DNA of 62,462 bases, filler included. It is 5 parts of 5 records of this genome, joined end to end, with 100 filler letters (N's around TTAATTAATTAA, not from the genome) between each part and the next. Parts side by side here need not be neighbours in the genome. Positions count along the whole stretch, not along the records: positions 31,850 to 45,525 come from SRR31156797_5446; positions 45,626 to 50,975 come from SRR31156797_5488; positions 51,076 to 62,462 come from SRR31156797_5492; 2 more parts are not named here. The stretch is one strand, 5' to 3'. Position numbers and translations under genes: made by a program. Under the pieces are notes generated by a model. That model searched no databases. It had not been told where the DNA came from and saw only the letters and a program-made list of their open reading frames with translations. Shown here piece by piece: positions 42,316 through 53,488 of this stretch. Positions within the stretch are counted from its first letter, which is position 1, and each line of letters begins with the position of its first letter.

Positions 42316-43274
42316 AATCGACTTTTCCTACCTGCTGTTGTTTTCCCGGCCGGCGTTTTCCCGGTCGGGGTTTTCGCACGGCGTGCCCGCCGCGCCGGTT
42401 TCGCCGCTTTCGGCGCCAGGTCTCCGGCGCTGAGCGGAATGCCGTAACTGCCGAGACAGACGACGTGGCTGACCGGCGTTTCCAGCGCCTCGACGAAGCG
42501 CGTCACGCTGCGGTCCTCGGCCTGAATGTAACCGTCGAGCTCAATATAATAAAGCCACGGTCCGGGCGCACCCTCCTGCGGCCAGGAGGTGACGAAGCGC
42601 GAGACCAGTCCGGCCTTGGCCAGGGCGCCGGAAATACGCGCCAAGGCCCGCTCGTCCTCGATTTCGATGGCCAGCACCGAGCGGTCGCGGCCGGCCGCCT
42701 CGCGCACCACCGGGCAAATCACCAAAGCCTCGGCACCGGCGTCGGCGCCGTTGCCGGGACCGACGAAGGGAAGGCGCGCGATGATGCGCGGTGCATCCTC
42801 GGTCTCGGCCAGCAGATGCGGCCACCAGGGCTGTTCGTCGTCGTTGCGCGGAATCGGCAGAATGCCGACGGTTACGGACTGGTCCCGGACCGCCTCGATG
42901 ACCCGCCGGGCCGATTGATAGGCCGTTATCGGCGTATAGGTGCCGTACATGTCGCGGCCCAGGTCGCGGCAGGCGGTCGATTTTCCGTCGGCGAACACGG
43001 CCATCGAAAACGGCCCTTCGAAGGACAGCGTCGCGACGATGATCTCGCGCCAGATCCGGGTCAGCTCGCGCTTCGGGAAATTGCCCGAATGGCGTTCGAC
43101 CAGCCGGTACAGGATTTGATCCTCGCGGCCCGGGCGAATCTTGATGTGCTGGCCCTTCTTGACCTCGCAGACCTTCTCGACGACCCGGGTGCGCCGCATC
43201 AGCAGGTCGTGGATGTCGTTGTCGATCCGGTCGATTTCGCGCCGTAGCGCGTCCAGTGATTTCGCCGCACTCAT
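42312..43274 (-). CDS. Chorismate mutase with degenerate prephenate-dehydratase/ACT-like C-terminal part
   Basis: LDALRREIDRID...RPGRE...WREII; start MSAAKS (43274); basic repetitive tail. Confidence 0.8.
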   Translation of the reverse strand: MSAAKSLDALRREIDRIDNDIHDLLMRRTRVVEKVCEVKKGQHIKIRPGREDQILYRLVERHSGNFPKRELTRIWREIIVATLSFEGPFSMAVFADGKSTACRDLGRDMYGTYTPITAYQSARRVIEAVRDQSVTVGILPIPRNDDEQPWWPHLLAETEDAPRIIARLPFVGPGNGADAGAEALVICPVVREAAGRDRSVLAIEIEDERALARISGALAKAGLVSRFVTSWPQEGAPGPWLYYIELDGYIQAEDRSVTRFVEALETPVSHVVCLGSYGIPLSAGDLAPKAAKPARRARRAKTPTGKTPAGKTTAGRKSRL

Positions 43275-43443
43275 GTTTTTGTATTCCCGATGGGTCCGTG
43301 GCGGAACCGTTACCCCCCGCCGCAAGGCCGCATAGTGATAGCGGTCCGGCCCCTCAAAATCAAAGAAAACGTTGATGTGCAGCACCATGTGTCCTAGCAA
43401 TAGGCGCCACTGTCATAAACCGCCAATTCCAACGAACGCAGCG

Positions 43444-44640
43444 ATGAACAGAAGCAGCGAGACAGCCCTCCACCTGTGGGATCCAGCAACATTTCCCGGC
43501 CACCGGGTCAAACTCGGCCGCGAGGTGCCGCTGCGCCTGGACTGCGGGTTCGAACTGTCCGACTTCACGGTCGCCTATCAGACCTACGGCCAACTCAATG
43601 ACGCGCGCTCGAACGCAATCATGATTTGCCACGCCCTGACCGGCGATCAGTTCGTCGCCGAGCCGCAGCCGGTGACCGGCAAGGCGGGATGGTGGGACCT
43701 CATGGTCGGCCCCGGCAAACCGATCGACACCGACCGTTACTACGTCATCTGCTCGAACTTCCTGGGCGGTTGCATGGGCACGATCGGGCCAAAGGACACC
43801 AATCCGGCGACCGGCAAACCGTGGGCGCTGGATTTCCCGGTCATCACCATCAGCGACATGGTGCGGGCGCAGGCGATGCTGCTCGATCACCTGGGCATCG
43901 ACCAACTGTTCGCCGTCATCGGCGGGTCGCTCGGCGGCATGCAGGTGCTGGAATGGGCGTCGTTGTATCCCGAGCGCGTCTTCGCTGCTGCCCCGATCGC
44001 CACGGCGTGCCATCATTCGGCCCAGAACATCGCCTTTCACGAGGTCGGACGCCAGGCCATCATGGCCGACCCCGATTGGTGCGGCGGCGACTACATGAAC
44101 CAAGGCCGGTGGCCGAACCGGGGCCTGGCGGTTGCCCGCATGACGGCGCACATCACCTATCTGTCGGAAGTCGCGCTGCAGGCCAAATTCGGCCGGCGGC
44201 TGCAGGATCGCGACGCCATCACCTACGGGTTCGAGGCCGATTTCCAGGTCGAAAGCTACCTGCGGCACCAGGGCAGCACCTTCGTCGACCGCTTCGACGC
44301 CAATTCGTACCTGTATATCACGCGGGCCGCCGACTATTTCGACATGGGCGCCAAACACGGCGGCGGCGTCGCCGACGCCTTCCGCGATACGCCGGTCCGG
44401 TTCTGCGTCATTTCGTTTACCAGCGATTGGCTGTATCCGACCGCCGAGTGCCGCGAAATCGTCAATGCACTAAACGCGGTTGCCGCCAATGTCAGCTTCG
44501 CCGAAATCGAAACCAGCTTCGGGCACGATTCCTTCCTGCTGAACGTGCCGGAATTCCACCGCGTGTTTCGCGGTTTTCTTGACGGCGCGGCCGAACATCG
44601 CGGCCTGCCACGGGTCGAACCGGCGGGTGACGCGCCATGA
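43444..44640 (+). CDS. metX: Homoserine O-acyl(acetyl)transferase
   Basis: [22 protein letters not shown] and GHDSFL; followed by metW. Confidence 0.93.
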   Translation: MNRSSETALHLWDPATFPGHRVKLGREVPLRLDCGFELSDFTVAYQTYGQLNDARSNAIMICHALTGDQFVAEPQPVTGKAGWWDLMVGPGKPIDTDRYYVICSNFLGGCMGTIGPKDTNPATGKPWALDFPVITISDMVRAQAMLLDHLGIDQLFAVIGGSLGGMQVLEWASLYPERVFAAAPIATACHHSAQNIAFHEVGRQAIMADPDWCGGDYMNQGRWPNRGLAVARMTAHITYLSEVALQAKFGRRLQDRDAITYGFEADFQVESYLRHQGSTFVDRFDANSYLYITRAADYFDMGAKHGGGVADAFRDTPVRFCVISFTSDWLYPTAECREIVNALNAVAANVSFAEIETSFGHDSFLLNVPEFHRVFRGFLDGAAEHRGLPRVEPAGDAP

Positions 44641-45260
44641 TGATGCTGAACCACGACAAATCGATCCGCGTCGATCTGCAATTGATCGCCGACATGATCG
44701 AACCGAATACCCGCGTGCTCGACGTCGGCTGCGAAGACGGCACCCTGCTCGACTATCTGGTTCATTTCAAACAGGTCGACGGACGCGGCATCGAGCTCAG
44801 CACCGAAGGCGTCAACGCCTGCGTTTCGGCCGGCCTGCCGGTGATCCAGGGCGACGCCAACACCGATCTGGCAACCTATCCGGACGCCGCCTTCGACTAT
44901 GTCGTGCTCAGCCACACCCTGCAGGCGATGCTGGCTCCGCGCATCGTCGTCGAACAACTGGTCCGGATCGGACGGCATGCCATCGTCTCGTTTCCCAACT
45001 TCGCCTACTGGCGGGTCCGGCTCTATCTCGGTCTCCAGGGCCGGATGCCGAAAAGCGATACCCTTCCCTACGAATGGTACGATACGCCGAACATCCATCT
45101 GTGCACGATCAGGGATTTCATGATGATGTGCGCCGATATCGGGGTAACCATCGAGCGTAGCCTGTTCCTCAACCACAAGGGGCATGTCCGGCGCATCACC
45201 CGGGGACAGGCCGCGGCGAACCTGTTCGGCGAACAGGCCGTTTTCCTGCTGCGGCGCTAG
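44637..45260 (+). CDS. metW: Methionine biosynthesis protein MetW
   Basis: RVLDVGC, VSFPNF and WYDTPNIH. Confidence 0.93.
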   Translation: MMMLNHDKSIRVDLQLIADMIEPNTRVLDVGCEDGTLLDYLVHFKQVDGRGIELSTEGVNACVSAGLPVIQGDANTDLATYPDAAFDYVVLSHTLQAMLAPRIVVEQLVRIGRHAIVSFPNFAYWRVRLYLGLQGRMPKSDTLPYEWYDTPNIHLCTIRDFMMMCADIGVTIERSLFLNHKGHVRRITRGQAAANLFGEQAVFLLRR

Positions 45261-45279
45261 GGTTGGGATTCATTTATCG

Positions 45280-45466
45280 GTCATTCCGGACGCGGCTTTC
45301 CTCCAAGTCTTCGACTTGGTCAGAAAAGCCCGTGAACCGGAATCCAGAAAGGCTGATCTTGCGGTGGGCCTTCTGGATCACGGATCGCAAGGTTCGCGGC
45401 CGGCGCGGGATTTGACGCATGCGCGTCAACTCCGTGCACCGGGCTCACCTAGCGTCCGAGATGACG
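45280..45466. repeat. Nested-hairpin CGTC-type REP/MITE-like element
   Basis: Terminal inverted repeats GTCATTCCGGACGC / GCGTCCGAGATGAC (12 of 14) enclosing several internal hairpins. Confidence 0.65.
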
Positions 45467-45525
45467 GGGAAACTGACGTCCTCGAACGGTTTTACATTTC
45501 ATTTGGTTTTGGCACCCATTCCCGT

Positions 45526-45625
45526 NNNNNNNNNNNNNNNNNNNNNNNNNNNNNNNNNNNNNNNNNNNNTTAATTAATTAANNNNNNNNNNNNNNNNNNN
45601 NNNNNNNNNNNNNNNNNNNNNNNNN
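45526..45625. other. Artificial contig linker
   Basis: Same spacer. Confidence 0.99.
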
Positions 45626-45814
45626 TGGGCTCTTACCCCGCCTTTTCACCCTTACCCTGCAGCCGAAGCCGCTCAGGCGGTCTGTTTTCTGCGACACTGT
45701 CTGTCGTCCCCCCTCCCGGGAAGACGCCCGGGCGTTACCCGGCATCATTCTCTATGGAGCCCGGACTTTCCTCTGCCCGCCCCGTAGGGCCGACAGCGGC
45801 AGCCTGGCCTGTTC
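45626..45814 (-). ncRNA. rnpB: RNase P RNA, bacterial type A, 5' part (3' end cut by the contig edge)
   Basis: Minus strand reads GAACAGGCCAGGCTGCCGC...GAGGAAAGTCCGGGCTCC...GCAGAAAACAGACCGCC...GGTAAGGGTGAAAAGGCGGGGTAAGAGCCCA. Confidence 0.93.
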
Positions 45815-45831
45815 GTAATTACATAATATAT

Positions 45832-46623
45832 TTATTCGAAATCGAAATCGTCCACCAGATCGGCGAGTCCTCCGACCTCCTGAGCCGTGAAGACCTCTTC
45901 GGTTGCGACATCTTCCTCGTCACCGCCGTGAAAAAGGATACGGCTGCAGTAGGGGCAGAAGAGGATGTCCTCTCCCTTTCTGACGTCGTTGACGAACTGC
46001 CCGGGCAGGATCATATGGCATCCGGTACAGATACCCTTTCTGATGGGAACGATACCGAGACCCGACTTGTTCCGGATAATCCTTTCGAACTTAAAGAGGA
46101 TCTCTTCGTTCATTCCGGGAGTGATCTCTTCCTCCTGAACGGCCAGAGCTTTCAGAAGATCTTCCTTGCTCTGCTTCTCAACGTCGTTCTTTTCCTGTTC
46201 GACCTTGAGTTCCTCCTCCTGCTGAGAGATCATCTGCTCCTCTCTCTGCAGATTGTTGAGCATATCCTCGAGGGCCCTTTCTTCTCTCTGGATATCGCGG
46301 CGGAGCTTCTGTTCCTTCTCGGTGGCGTCCTTTATCTCCTTCTCCAGAGCTTCGTACTCTCTCTGGGTGGAGATGACGTCCATCCGTTTTTCGAACTCTT
46401 CTCTCTGACGCTCGGCCTCTCCCATATCGTGCTTCAGGACCTTGATCCTGTCCTTGGTATTTTCGTATTCCTGGTTCTTTTCGATATAGGACTTCTTCAG
46501 TCTGTTCAGAAGCTCTGTTTTGGTCGCCAGATTCTTGGGTATCCCTTCGATTTCTTTCTCGATCTCAAATTTCTGAGACAGGATCTCCTGAAGTTTCTGC
46601 AACTTATCAAATGTTCCCTGCAT
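45832..46623 (-). CDS. Coiled-coil plus C4 zinc-ribbon protein (CT398/HP0958-like)
   Basis: Long coiled coil, CTGCHM...CPYCSRIL and acidic tail. Confidence 0.85.
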   Translation of the reverse strand: MQGTFDKLQKLQEILSQKFEIEKEIEGIPKNLATKTELLNRLKKSYIEKNQEYENTKDRIKVLKHDMGEAERQREEFEKRMDVISTQREYEALEKEIKDATEKEQKLRRDIQREERALEDMLNNLQREEQMISQQEEELKVEQEKNDVEKQSKEDLLKALAVQEEEITPGMNEEILFKFERIIRNKSGLGIVPIRKGICTGCHMILPGQFVNDVRKGEDILFCPYCSRILFHGGDEEDVATEEVFTAQEVGGLADLVDDFDFE

Positions 46624-46645
46624 GTTATTCTCTCATCCCCTGATA

Positions 46646-48571
46646 TTAGTTTTCAAGATAATCTTTCAGTCGCCGGCTCCGCTTGGGATGCCTGAGCCGT
46701 CGCAGTGCTTTCGCTTCAATCTGCCGGATTCTCTCTCTCGTTACATTAAAATACAGTCCAACTTCCTCGAGAGTCAATGAGTAACCGTCTTCCAGCCCGA
46801 ATCTCATCTTCAGAACCTCCTGCTCACGGGGCGGAAGGGTCTCAAGAACCTCCTGCAGCTGTTCCTGCAGAATCTTGAAGGCCGTCTGGTTTGCCGGATT
46901 CTCAACGTCCTTGTCCTCAATGAAGTCTCCCAGGAGCGAATCCTCTTCCTCTCCGATGGGTGTTTCCAGCGAGATAGGCTCGCGAGCGACGTTCTTGACC
47001 GACTTCACCCTGGCGACGGTCCAGCCCAGCCTTTCGGCGATTTCCTCGTCGGTGGGCTCCCTGCCCTTGATCTGCATCAGCTGCCTGGACTCCCTGACGA
47101 CCTTATTGATCTGTTCGATCATATGAACGGGAACCCGGATGGTTCTCGCCTGATCGGAAATGGAGCGTGTGATAGCCTGCCGGATCCACCAGGTGGCGTA
47201 GGTTGAAAACTTGTATCCCTTTCGGTACTCAAACTTCTCAACCGCCTTAATCAGGCCTATATTCCCCTCCTGCACCAGATCGAAGAAATGGAGGCCCCTG
47301 TTGGTATACTTCTTGGCGATGCTGACGACCAGACGAAGGTTGGCTTTGATCAGCCGATCCTTGGCGTTCTTCATCATGGTGCGGCCGTGGTTGATGTCCT
47401 GAGCCTTGATCAGCAGGTCCTCGGCATTGTTTTCGAACTCCACCTCAAGGTCATGGAGGTTCTTGTCCGCCACCTGCACCTGTCTGATAAGTTCCTTGAT
47501 CTCGTCAGCGGTCAGCCCGAGGGATTCCTCGATGTCCATGCGCTTGGTACGGCTGGCCAGTCCCCTTCCCAGGTTCCTGACCTCTTTCATGTTACTGACC
47601 CTGAGGGTACGCTCGATCTTGTCCTGCTTCCGGCGGTTCTGCTTGATCTTTTTCGCAGCGTCAATGTACTTCTCTGAAAGGTAGAAGATCTCCTCCTGGT
47701 GGATATCGATATTGATGATAGCCTCCAGAAGATCGCTCCTCTTGCCCACCAGTTTCTTATCACTGATCACGTCTCCGTCTGTGGAAGCGATCTTCTCCTT
47801 CTGATCCATATAGGACTTCAGAGAGGGGAAAATGGCCTTGAGGGGTTCTCTGTAGTACTGGTTGAGCCTTCTCTTCTCAGCAAGATAATCGGATATCTCC
47901 TTCTTAGAGAAGTTCATCTCTCTGGGATCGGCCTTGGAAAAGGCCTTCTGGGCCAGTTTGTAGAATTCAGGAATGATCATGCCGGAGGTTTTCAGAATAT
48001 TCTTGATAATCTCCTCGCCCTCTTCCATCTGCTTGGAGAGTTCGACCTCCTGCTGGGCCGTCAGAAGATTCTCCTTCCCGATCTCCCTGAGGTAGAGCCG
48101 TATGGGATCATCAATGGAAGATTCCTTATCGTTGAAGACGAGTTTGCGGTTCTCACCGCCTTCGGAATCGTCGCTCTGCTCCTCTTCCTCTTCCTCTTCC
48201 AGTTCCAGCTCTTCCTCGTCTACGATGCCGTCGTCATCACCGGCCATCTCAACGGATTCGCCAGACTCTGTATCGTCCGATATGGCTCCGCCCGAAGCTA
48301 CGACGATGGGTGCGGAATCGTCATCCAGGCCATCCAGATCGTCCTCTTCGAGCTCCTCTTCCAAATCCTCTTCGGGATTCTCCATAGCCGGCTCATCGGA
48401 GATGATGTTCACCTTCATTTCCTCCAGAAGGGAGATCACCTCTTCGATCTTTTCGGAATTGACTACGTCGTCGGGAAGAAGTTCGTTCAGCTCCGCATAG
48501 CTGAGGCTCTTCTTTGTTTTTACATACTCTAACAGTTTGCTTATTGCGGGGTCAGTCTTGATATCTGACAT
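46646..48571 (-). CDS. rpoD: RNA polymerase primary sigma factor
   Basis: [39 protein letters not shown] and [10 protein letters not shown]. Confidence 0.97.
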   Translation of the reverse strand: MSDIKTDPAISKLLEYVKTKKSLSYAELNELLPDDVVNSEKIEEVISLLEEMKVNIISDEPAMENPEEDLEEELEEDDLDGLDDDSAPIVVASGGAISDDTESGESVEMAGDDDGIVDEEELELEEEEEEEQSDDSEGGENRKLVFNDKESSIDDPIRLYLREIGKENLLTAQQEVELSKQMEEGEEIIKNILKTSGMIIPEFYKLAQKAFSKADPREMNFSKKEISDYLAEKRRLNQYYREPLKAIFPSLKSYMDQKEKIASTDGDVISDKKLVGKRSDLLEAIINIDIHQEEIFYLSEKYIDAAKKIKQNRRKQDKIERTLRVSNMKEVRNLGRGLASRTKRMDIEESLGLTADEIKELIRQVQVADKNLHDLEVEFENNAEDLLIKAQDINHGRTMMKNAKDRLIKANLRLVVSIAKKYTNRGLHFFDLVQEGNIGLIKAVEKFEYRKGYKFSTYATWWIRQAITRSISDQARTIRVPVHMIEQINKVVRESRQLMQIKGREPTDEEIAERLGWTVARVKSVKNVAREPISLETPIGEEEDSLLGDFIEDKDVENPANQTAFKILQEQLQEVLETLPPREQEVLKMRFGLEDGYSLTLEEVGLYFNVTRERIRQIEAKALRRLRHPKRSRRLKDYLEN

Positions 48572-50352
48572 TATTCGGTCACCTTCAAATTCTCAATCTC
48601 TTTATCAAGGGCCTGCTTCTCGATGATCAGCTCATTCACCAATTCCCAGGAATCGGTTTCCTTGGAGACCTGACTCATTACACGGTTGATTTCTCTGCTT
48701 CTGTTCTCTAAATGCCTTCTCCGAATGAGAAGAAGGGTCTCGTCAATCAATTCCGATGTATTTTCGTCCAGTTCTCCCGTCGAAATCTTTTCCACTAATA
48801 TATTTCTGACGGAATCGTCGGATATCCGGACCAAAAGACTTTCGGTGCTGCTTTCACTGTTCTCTTCACATTCAACGAGGGCGTCGTATAATATTTCGGC
48901 CCTCTTATCCTGAAAGTCAAATACACCTGAATAGTTTTTTATTCTGTCCAGAAATTCCCTGTGCAGCGCCACTGCCATCAATACCAGCAGCTCGTCCGTC
49001 ACCTTTTGATCCTGATTCTGTACCCGGGGAGCCTCTTTTTTCTCAAACGTCCTGGAGGAAATATTATTCCTGCGATTCAGATCGGAGAGGAGAGCCTTGC
49101 TCTCGATCCCCAATTTTTCCGCCAGGATTCCAAGACACAGATCCCTTTTTATGTCGGATACAATGGATTCAATATATGGGAATAGATATTTTACAGCCTG
49201 CTCTTTGCCCTCCGGTGTTGCAATATCATAAGACACCATTGTGAAATCTAACAGATATTCGAAGAGATTGACAGAGCCTTCGAGCACTTTTTTCAGACTT
49301 TCTCCCCCATCCTTTTCCAGAATCTCCGCGGGATCCGAGTTTTTCGGCAGTTTCGCCGCCTTCACCGGCAGTTCCCGTCGCTCAAAAAGCATGGCCGCTT
49401 TGAATGTGGCGGCCTGACCGGGGGCGTCGCTGTCGAACACGATGCATCCGCCGTCGCTGTATCGCTTGATCAGTGCGCACTGATCCTCCGTAAAGGCCGT
49501 CCCCAGGGGCGCCATGGCGGTATCCAGTCCGGCCTGATGGAGGGCCAGGACATCCACATTCCCTTCGCATAGATAGAATGAACGAGACTTCCTCAGGCTG
49601 TCCCGGCTCTGCCAGAGCCCGTAGAGCAGACGGCTTTTATTATAGAGGGGGGTCTCGGGAGAGTTGATGTACTTCGGAGTCTTGGGATCGCTCTTCATGG
49701 TCCTGCCGCTGAAGGCGACCACCTCCCCCCGGTTGTTATAGATGGGAAACATCAGCCTGTCCGAGAAAAGAGACCATTCGGGATACTTTCTGGAAAAGAG
49801 CCCCGAGTCAGCCAGAAACCGGGGACTGAAATTGCGGCTCCTGAGAAAGCGATAGAGCCATTTGGGATCGTCGGGAGCAAAGCCGAGCTGAAAGCGGAGG
49901 ATCGTCTCCTCCTGAATGCCCCTGCCCGCCAGATAGCTCCTGGCGTCCTTGCCCTGGGGGCTGTTCATCAGGATGTAATGAAAGCTCCCGGTAACCCGGT
50001 TGTACAGATCCTTCAGGGAATCCCTCTGCCTGGCTTCATCATCGCTCTCCATGGCGTTGTCCGGAAGAGGCACGGACGCCTTCTCGGCGGCGAAGCGGAC
50101 GGCTTCGATAAAGCTGAGCCCCTCCACCTCCATGATGAAGTTGAACAGGCTGCCCCCTTTTTTACAGCTGAAGCAATAGAACATCCCCTGCTCCGGCCTG
50201 ACCGAAAAAGAGGGGGTTTTTTCATTGTGAAACGGGCAGCATCCCCAGTAACGATCCCCCTTCCGAGAGAGGCTCGTATAGTCCCTCACGATGCCGAGGA
50301 AATCGCTTTTCTCCTTTATCTCTTCGATAAGGTGTTCGGGTATCTTCGGCAC
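48571..50352 (-). CDS. dnaG: DNA primase
   Basis: [11 protein letters not shown] zinc finger, [12 protein letters not shown] and FDSD; GTG start. Confidence 0.96.
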   Translation of the reverse strand: MPKIPEHLIEEIKEKSDFLGIVRDYTSLSRKGDRYWGCCPFHNEKTPSFSVRPEQGMFYCFSCKKGGSLFNFIMEVEGLSFIEAVRFAAEKASVPLPDNAMESDDEARQRDSLKDLYNRVTGSFHYILMNSPQGKDARSYLAGRGIQEETILRFQLGFAPDDPKWLYRFLRSRNFSPRFLADSGLFSRKYPEWSLFSDRLMFPIYNNRGEVVAFSGRTMKSDPKTPKYINSPETPLYNKSRLLYGLWQSRDSLRKSRSFYLCEGNVDVLALHQAGLDTAMAPLGTAFTEDQCALIKRYSDGGCIVFDSDAPGQAATFKAAMLFERRELPVKAAKLPKNSDPAEILEKDGGESLKKVLEGSVNLFEYLLDFTMVSYDIATPEGKEQAVKYLFPYIESIVSDIKRDLCLGILAEKLGIESKALLSDLNRRNNISSRTFEKKEAPRVQNQDQKVTDELLVLMAVALHREFLDRIKNYSGVFDFQDKRAEILYDALVECEENSESSTESLLVRISDDSVRNILVEKISTGELDENTSELIDETLLLIRRRHLENRSREINRVMSQVSKETDSWELVNELIIEKQALDKEIENLKVTE

Positions 50353-50354
50353 TC

Positions 50355-50975
50355 TTACTTGCTCCTGAATCCCTGGATATACTCAGCTCTGGCACTGTTA
50401 TGATCCGCCAGAGAGCTTGTGAAGGTATGGGTTCCCGCCGCCGCATCCTTGACGACGAAGAACAGGTAGTCGCTCTGCCTGGGATTAAAGGCGGCGGCCA
50501 GAGCCGTTTCCCCGGGATTAGAGATGGGAAGAGGCGGAAGGGTATCGTAGAGATAGGTATTGAAGGGCGATTCCAGCTCCAGGTCCCTGAAGAGGATACG
50601 ATCGGGATGGGGGCGGCCCAGCTCCTCGGTAATGACGTAAATCACGGTGGCGCAGGACTGAAGGGGCATACCGATCTTGAGCCTGTTGTTGAATACGGAA
50701 GCGATAAGCGGCGCTTCCTCATCCACCCGGTACTCCTTCTCAACGATGGAAGCCAGGATAACCTTCTCATTCAGCTTTTCATCAGAGAGATCATTGTAAA
50801 ACGGAAACACCTTCTTCAGCGTTTCGAAAAAGGTGGACACCATGGTGGCAATGACCTTCTCAGGCGGGAAGTCTTTCTGAAAGTAGTAGGTGTCGGGAAA
50901 AAGATAACCCTCTGCGCTCTCTGCCTTCAGTCCCAGATCCTCCAGGATCGCGGGGGAACGGAGGGCGTCCAGAAA
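50355..50975 (-). CDS. mltG: Endolytic transglycosylase MltG (5' truncated)
   Basis: Frame is open from the contig edge: EGYLFPDTY, ASIVEKE, NRL, SPFNTY, PISNPG and YLFFV. Confidence 0.93.
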   Translation of the reverse strand, partial: FLDALRSPAILEDLGLKAESAEGYLFPDTYYFQKDFPPEKVIATMVSTFFETLKKVFPFYNDLSDEKLNEKVILASIVEKEYRVDEEAPLIASVFNNRLKIGMPLQSCATVIYVITEELGRPHPDRILFRDLELESPFNTYLYDTLPPLPISNPGETALAAAFNPRQSDYLFFVVKDAAAGTHTFTSSLADHNSARAEYIQGFRSK

Positions 50976-51075
50976 NNNNNNNNNNNNNNNNNNNNNNNNN
51001 NNNNNNNNNNNNNNNNNNNTTAATTAATTAANNNNNNNNNNNNNNNNNNNNNNNNNNNNNNNNNNNNNNNNNNNN
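50976..51075. other. Artificial contig linker
   Basis: Same spacer. Confidence 0.99.
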
Positions 51076-51135
51076 CTATTTTGTTCTTTGTCGCTTTACT
51101 TATTCATTCGTTAACATTACATGTTAACTTCTTAA

Positions 51136-51330
51136 TTATTGTTCTATAATTTTTTTGAGAGACTTATTGAATTCACGTCTTGAGAGCATGACTATTCTTC
51201 CGCAGTTTTCTCCAAGGCATTTCACCTTTACATCTGCTCCCATACGGATTATTTTCCATTTGTTTTCACCGCATGGATGAGGCTTTTTTAGTATTACTAT
51301 GTCGCCTAATTTATAATCAAGATTTTCCAT
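51136..51330 (-). CDS. DUF951-family protein
   Basis: GDIV.LKKPHPCG..W..RMGAD..KC..C; GGGAG RBS. Confidence 0.88.
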   Translation of the reverse strand: MENLDYKLGDIVILKKPHPCGENKWKIIRMGADVKVKCLGENCGRIVMLSRREFNKSLKKIIEQ

Positions 51331-51383
51331 GGCTTGCTCCCTATAATATTAAATAAAAGTATAACATAACTTATATTTGATTC

Positions 51384-52271
51384 TCAAGTATTCTTGTCCA
51401 AATCGTCATTCGCAATATCTGAAATATCCATATGGGATTTTATTAGTGGCAGCATAGTGTCCATTATTGTCTGTGGTTTGACTTCGCATACCATATGCCC
51501 TGTGTTTGACACTTTCAAAAGCCTTGAGCCATTGATTGAATTTAGCAGCTTATTGCTCATTGCAATAGGATGTGCATAGTCGTATTCACCCCAGACTACA
51601 AGGGTTTCACACTCTATCAAATCAAGATGAGCATACACTCCTCTGTCGCTGTAATCTCTCAGAAGATACAGCATCCATAGCTTTGTAGATAGATTTTCAA
51701 ATGGTGTATATGTCTGACGCTCGGTGGTGCTGGATATTATAATCTTATTAAAGTAAAGCCATTTTAAGTATTTTGCAATTGTTTCACGTTTGACAAAGCG
51801 CATTATAATCTCTCCTAATGCAGGAGTTATCAGCTGCTTATACCAATAGGGGTATTCATTGGTAAGAGAACCTGGCGAAACAACTGTAAGCGTAGTTACC
51901 TTTTTTGGATAAAGCTCTGCCATGCACATAGCATATATGCCGCCCTCTGCAACGCCGAAAAAATGCGCAGATTCTATATCTCTTGATTCTAAGAAGGCAT
52001 CAAGTATATCTGCCATATGCTCAGGGGTGAATTTCTGAGTCTGATTAAGGGTAGAATACCCGCAGCCTGGCAGGTCAATGGCTATTACGCCGAAGCCCTC
52101 TTCCACTAAGCTATTGTAGATATTTCTATTGTGATATATATTGAAACCTACACCATGTAAGAGGATAACATTATCTTTACCCTTATGCTGTACATAGTGT
52201 ATTCTATTTCCTAATATTTCAACACTGCTTCCTATTACAGCAGAATTGACTAATATATTATCTGTTGGCAT
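51384..52271 (-). CDS. Alpha/beta hydrolase fold protein with no nucleophile Ser
   Basis: LLHG, IDLPGCGYS; elbow reads GVAEGG; WGEYD and TGH present. Confidence 0.8.
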   Translation of the reverse strand: MPTDNILVNSAVIGSSVEILGNRIHYVQHKGKDNVILLHGVGFNIYHNRNIYNSLVEEGFGVIAIDLPGCGYSTLNQTQKFTPEHMADILDAFLESRDIESAHFFGVAEGGIYAMCMAELYPKKVTTLTVVSPGSLTNEYPYWYKQLITPALGEIIMRFVKRETIAKYLKWLYFNKIIISSTTERQTYTPFENLSTKLWMLYLLRDYSDRGVYAHLDLIECETLVVWGEYDYAHPIAMSNKLLNSINGSRLLKVSNTGHMVCEVKPQTIMDTMLPLIKSHMDISDIANDDLDKNT

Positions 52272-52303
52272 ATTATCTCCTAATAAATTATGGCCTTTGT
52301 TAT

Positions 52304-53407
52304 CTATTCATAAAAGAAAGAAACAGGCTTTGGCAGAGTTAATTCCTTGTATGATTCCAGTGCATAATTATCCGTCATTCCCGATATATAGTCAACTACT
52401 ATTTGCATATGGTCTGCTTTATGCTTTTGGTAGAAGCTTTCCATGCTGGAATAATAACTGGCAAATGACTTATCTATTACTGTAATTTTCTTATAACCTG
52501 ATACTATTTCGTCAAAGTAATTGTATAAATGATTATATAGATGATTAATGATATTTATGCAGTAGTCTTCGTTGTTCACCTTGTTTAAGGAGTAGTAAAT
52601 TTTTTGGTAATTAAACAAAGACAAATCATTCATTACCTTGTAGTATTTATCCGAAAAGCCCATTTTGCCCTCTTTGGCCGTGTTTTCAATAAGGTCGATT
52701 ACCAGAGTATTTATTATCTTGCCATTGGTGTGACCAAGCATCTTCTTGATATTTTTCGGAATGTCATCTTCTTTTATAATATGTGCTGTTAATGCATCCT
52801 CTATGTCCCGCCCTAAGTACGCAATCTTGTCAGCAAATCGAACTGCAAGTCCTTCATAAGTTGCAGGGTATCTTTTGGGATGAAGTTTTTTATTTAAATC
52901 CTGATTTTTGTCAATTGCTAGATACTGCTCGAATTTTTCTCCGCAGTGGCATAATATGGCATCTCGTACTGCAAAGGTCAGGTTTAAGCCTCTGCCGTCA
53001 TTAGCAAGATAATCCACTACTCTGAGTGAATTTATTTCGTGCTCAAATGTGTTTTCTTCGCCGATTAGATTGTTTATTGCTTTTTCGCCAGAGTGACCAA
53101 AGGGTGCGTGCCCTATGTCATGTCCCAGACCTGCGGCATTGGCTATCTCTGGATTTAAGCTCCAGCCTTGGTTATTTAGTCCCTTGCATATGGTTTCAGC
53201 AATTGTTGCAACGTGCAATACATGCTCTATTCTGGTGCATATATGGTCATTTTGCGGTGCAAAGAAGGCCTGTGTCTTGTGCTTTAGGCGGCGAAATGCG
53301 CCAGAATGGATTATTGCAGTCATATCCCGAAAGTAAGGACCTCGGATATCTTCCTCTCTTTTGCGGAGTCTTTTGCTCATCTGGCTTTCGGAAAGTATAT
53401 TTTTCAT
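52304..53407 (-). CDS. dgt: HD-domain dNTP triphosphohydrolase (dGTPase-like, short form)
   Basis: FRRLKHKTQ, TRIEH, HDIGHAPFGHSGE, DKIAY..D.ED and DYISGMTD. Confidence 0.88.
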   Translation of the reverse strand: MKNILSESQMSKRLRKREEDIRGPYFRDMTAIIHSGAFRRLKHKTQAFFAPQNDHICTRIEHVLHVATIAETICKGLNNQGWSLNPEIANAAGLGHDIGHAPFGHSGEKAINNLIGEENTFEHEINSLRVVDYLANDGRGLNLTFAVRDAILCHCGEKFEQYLAIDKNQDLNKKLHPKRYPATYEGLAVRFADKIAYLGRDIEDALTAHIIKEDDIPKNIKKMLGHTNGKIINTLVIDLIENTAKEGKMGFSDKYYKVMNDLSLFNYQKIYYSLNKVNNEDYCINIINHLYNHLYNYFDEIVSGYKKITVIDKSFASYYSSMESFYQKHKADHMQIVVDYISGMTDNYALESYKELTLPKPVSFFYE

Positions 53408-53488
53408 TGCTGTAATATCCTCCGTTATTAAAAAGGCAAGTGACAGCTGACTATCACTCACCTTATTAAGGTTATTTACATTTTAGCA

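Noticed and set aside
43275..43443. SAM riboswitch upstream of metX
   Set aside because: I could not find SAM-II/SAM-alpha or SAM-SAH consensus elements in the divergent intergenic region.
48102..48500. Ser-rich ORF on the + strand
   Set aside because: Antisense mirror of the Glu/Asp-rich linker of rpoD.
52304..53407. dGTPase as an anti-phage defence gene
   Set aside because: It is the short housekeeping-type enzyme in an ordinary neighbourhood with no other defence or mobility genes.
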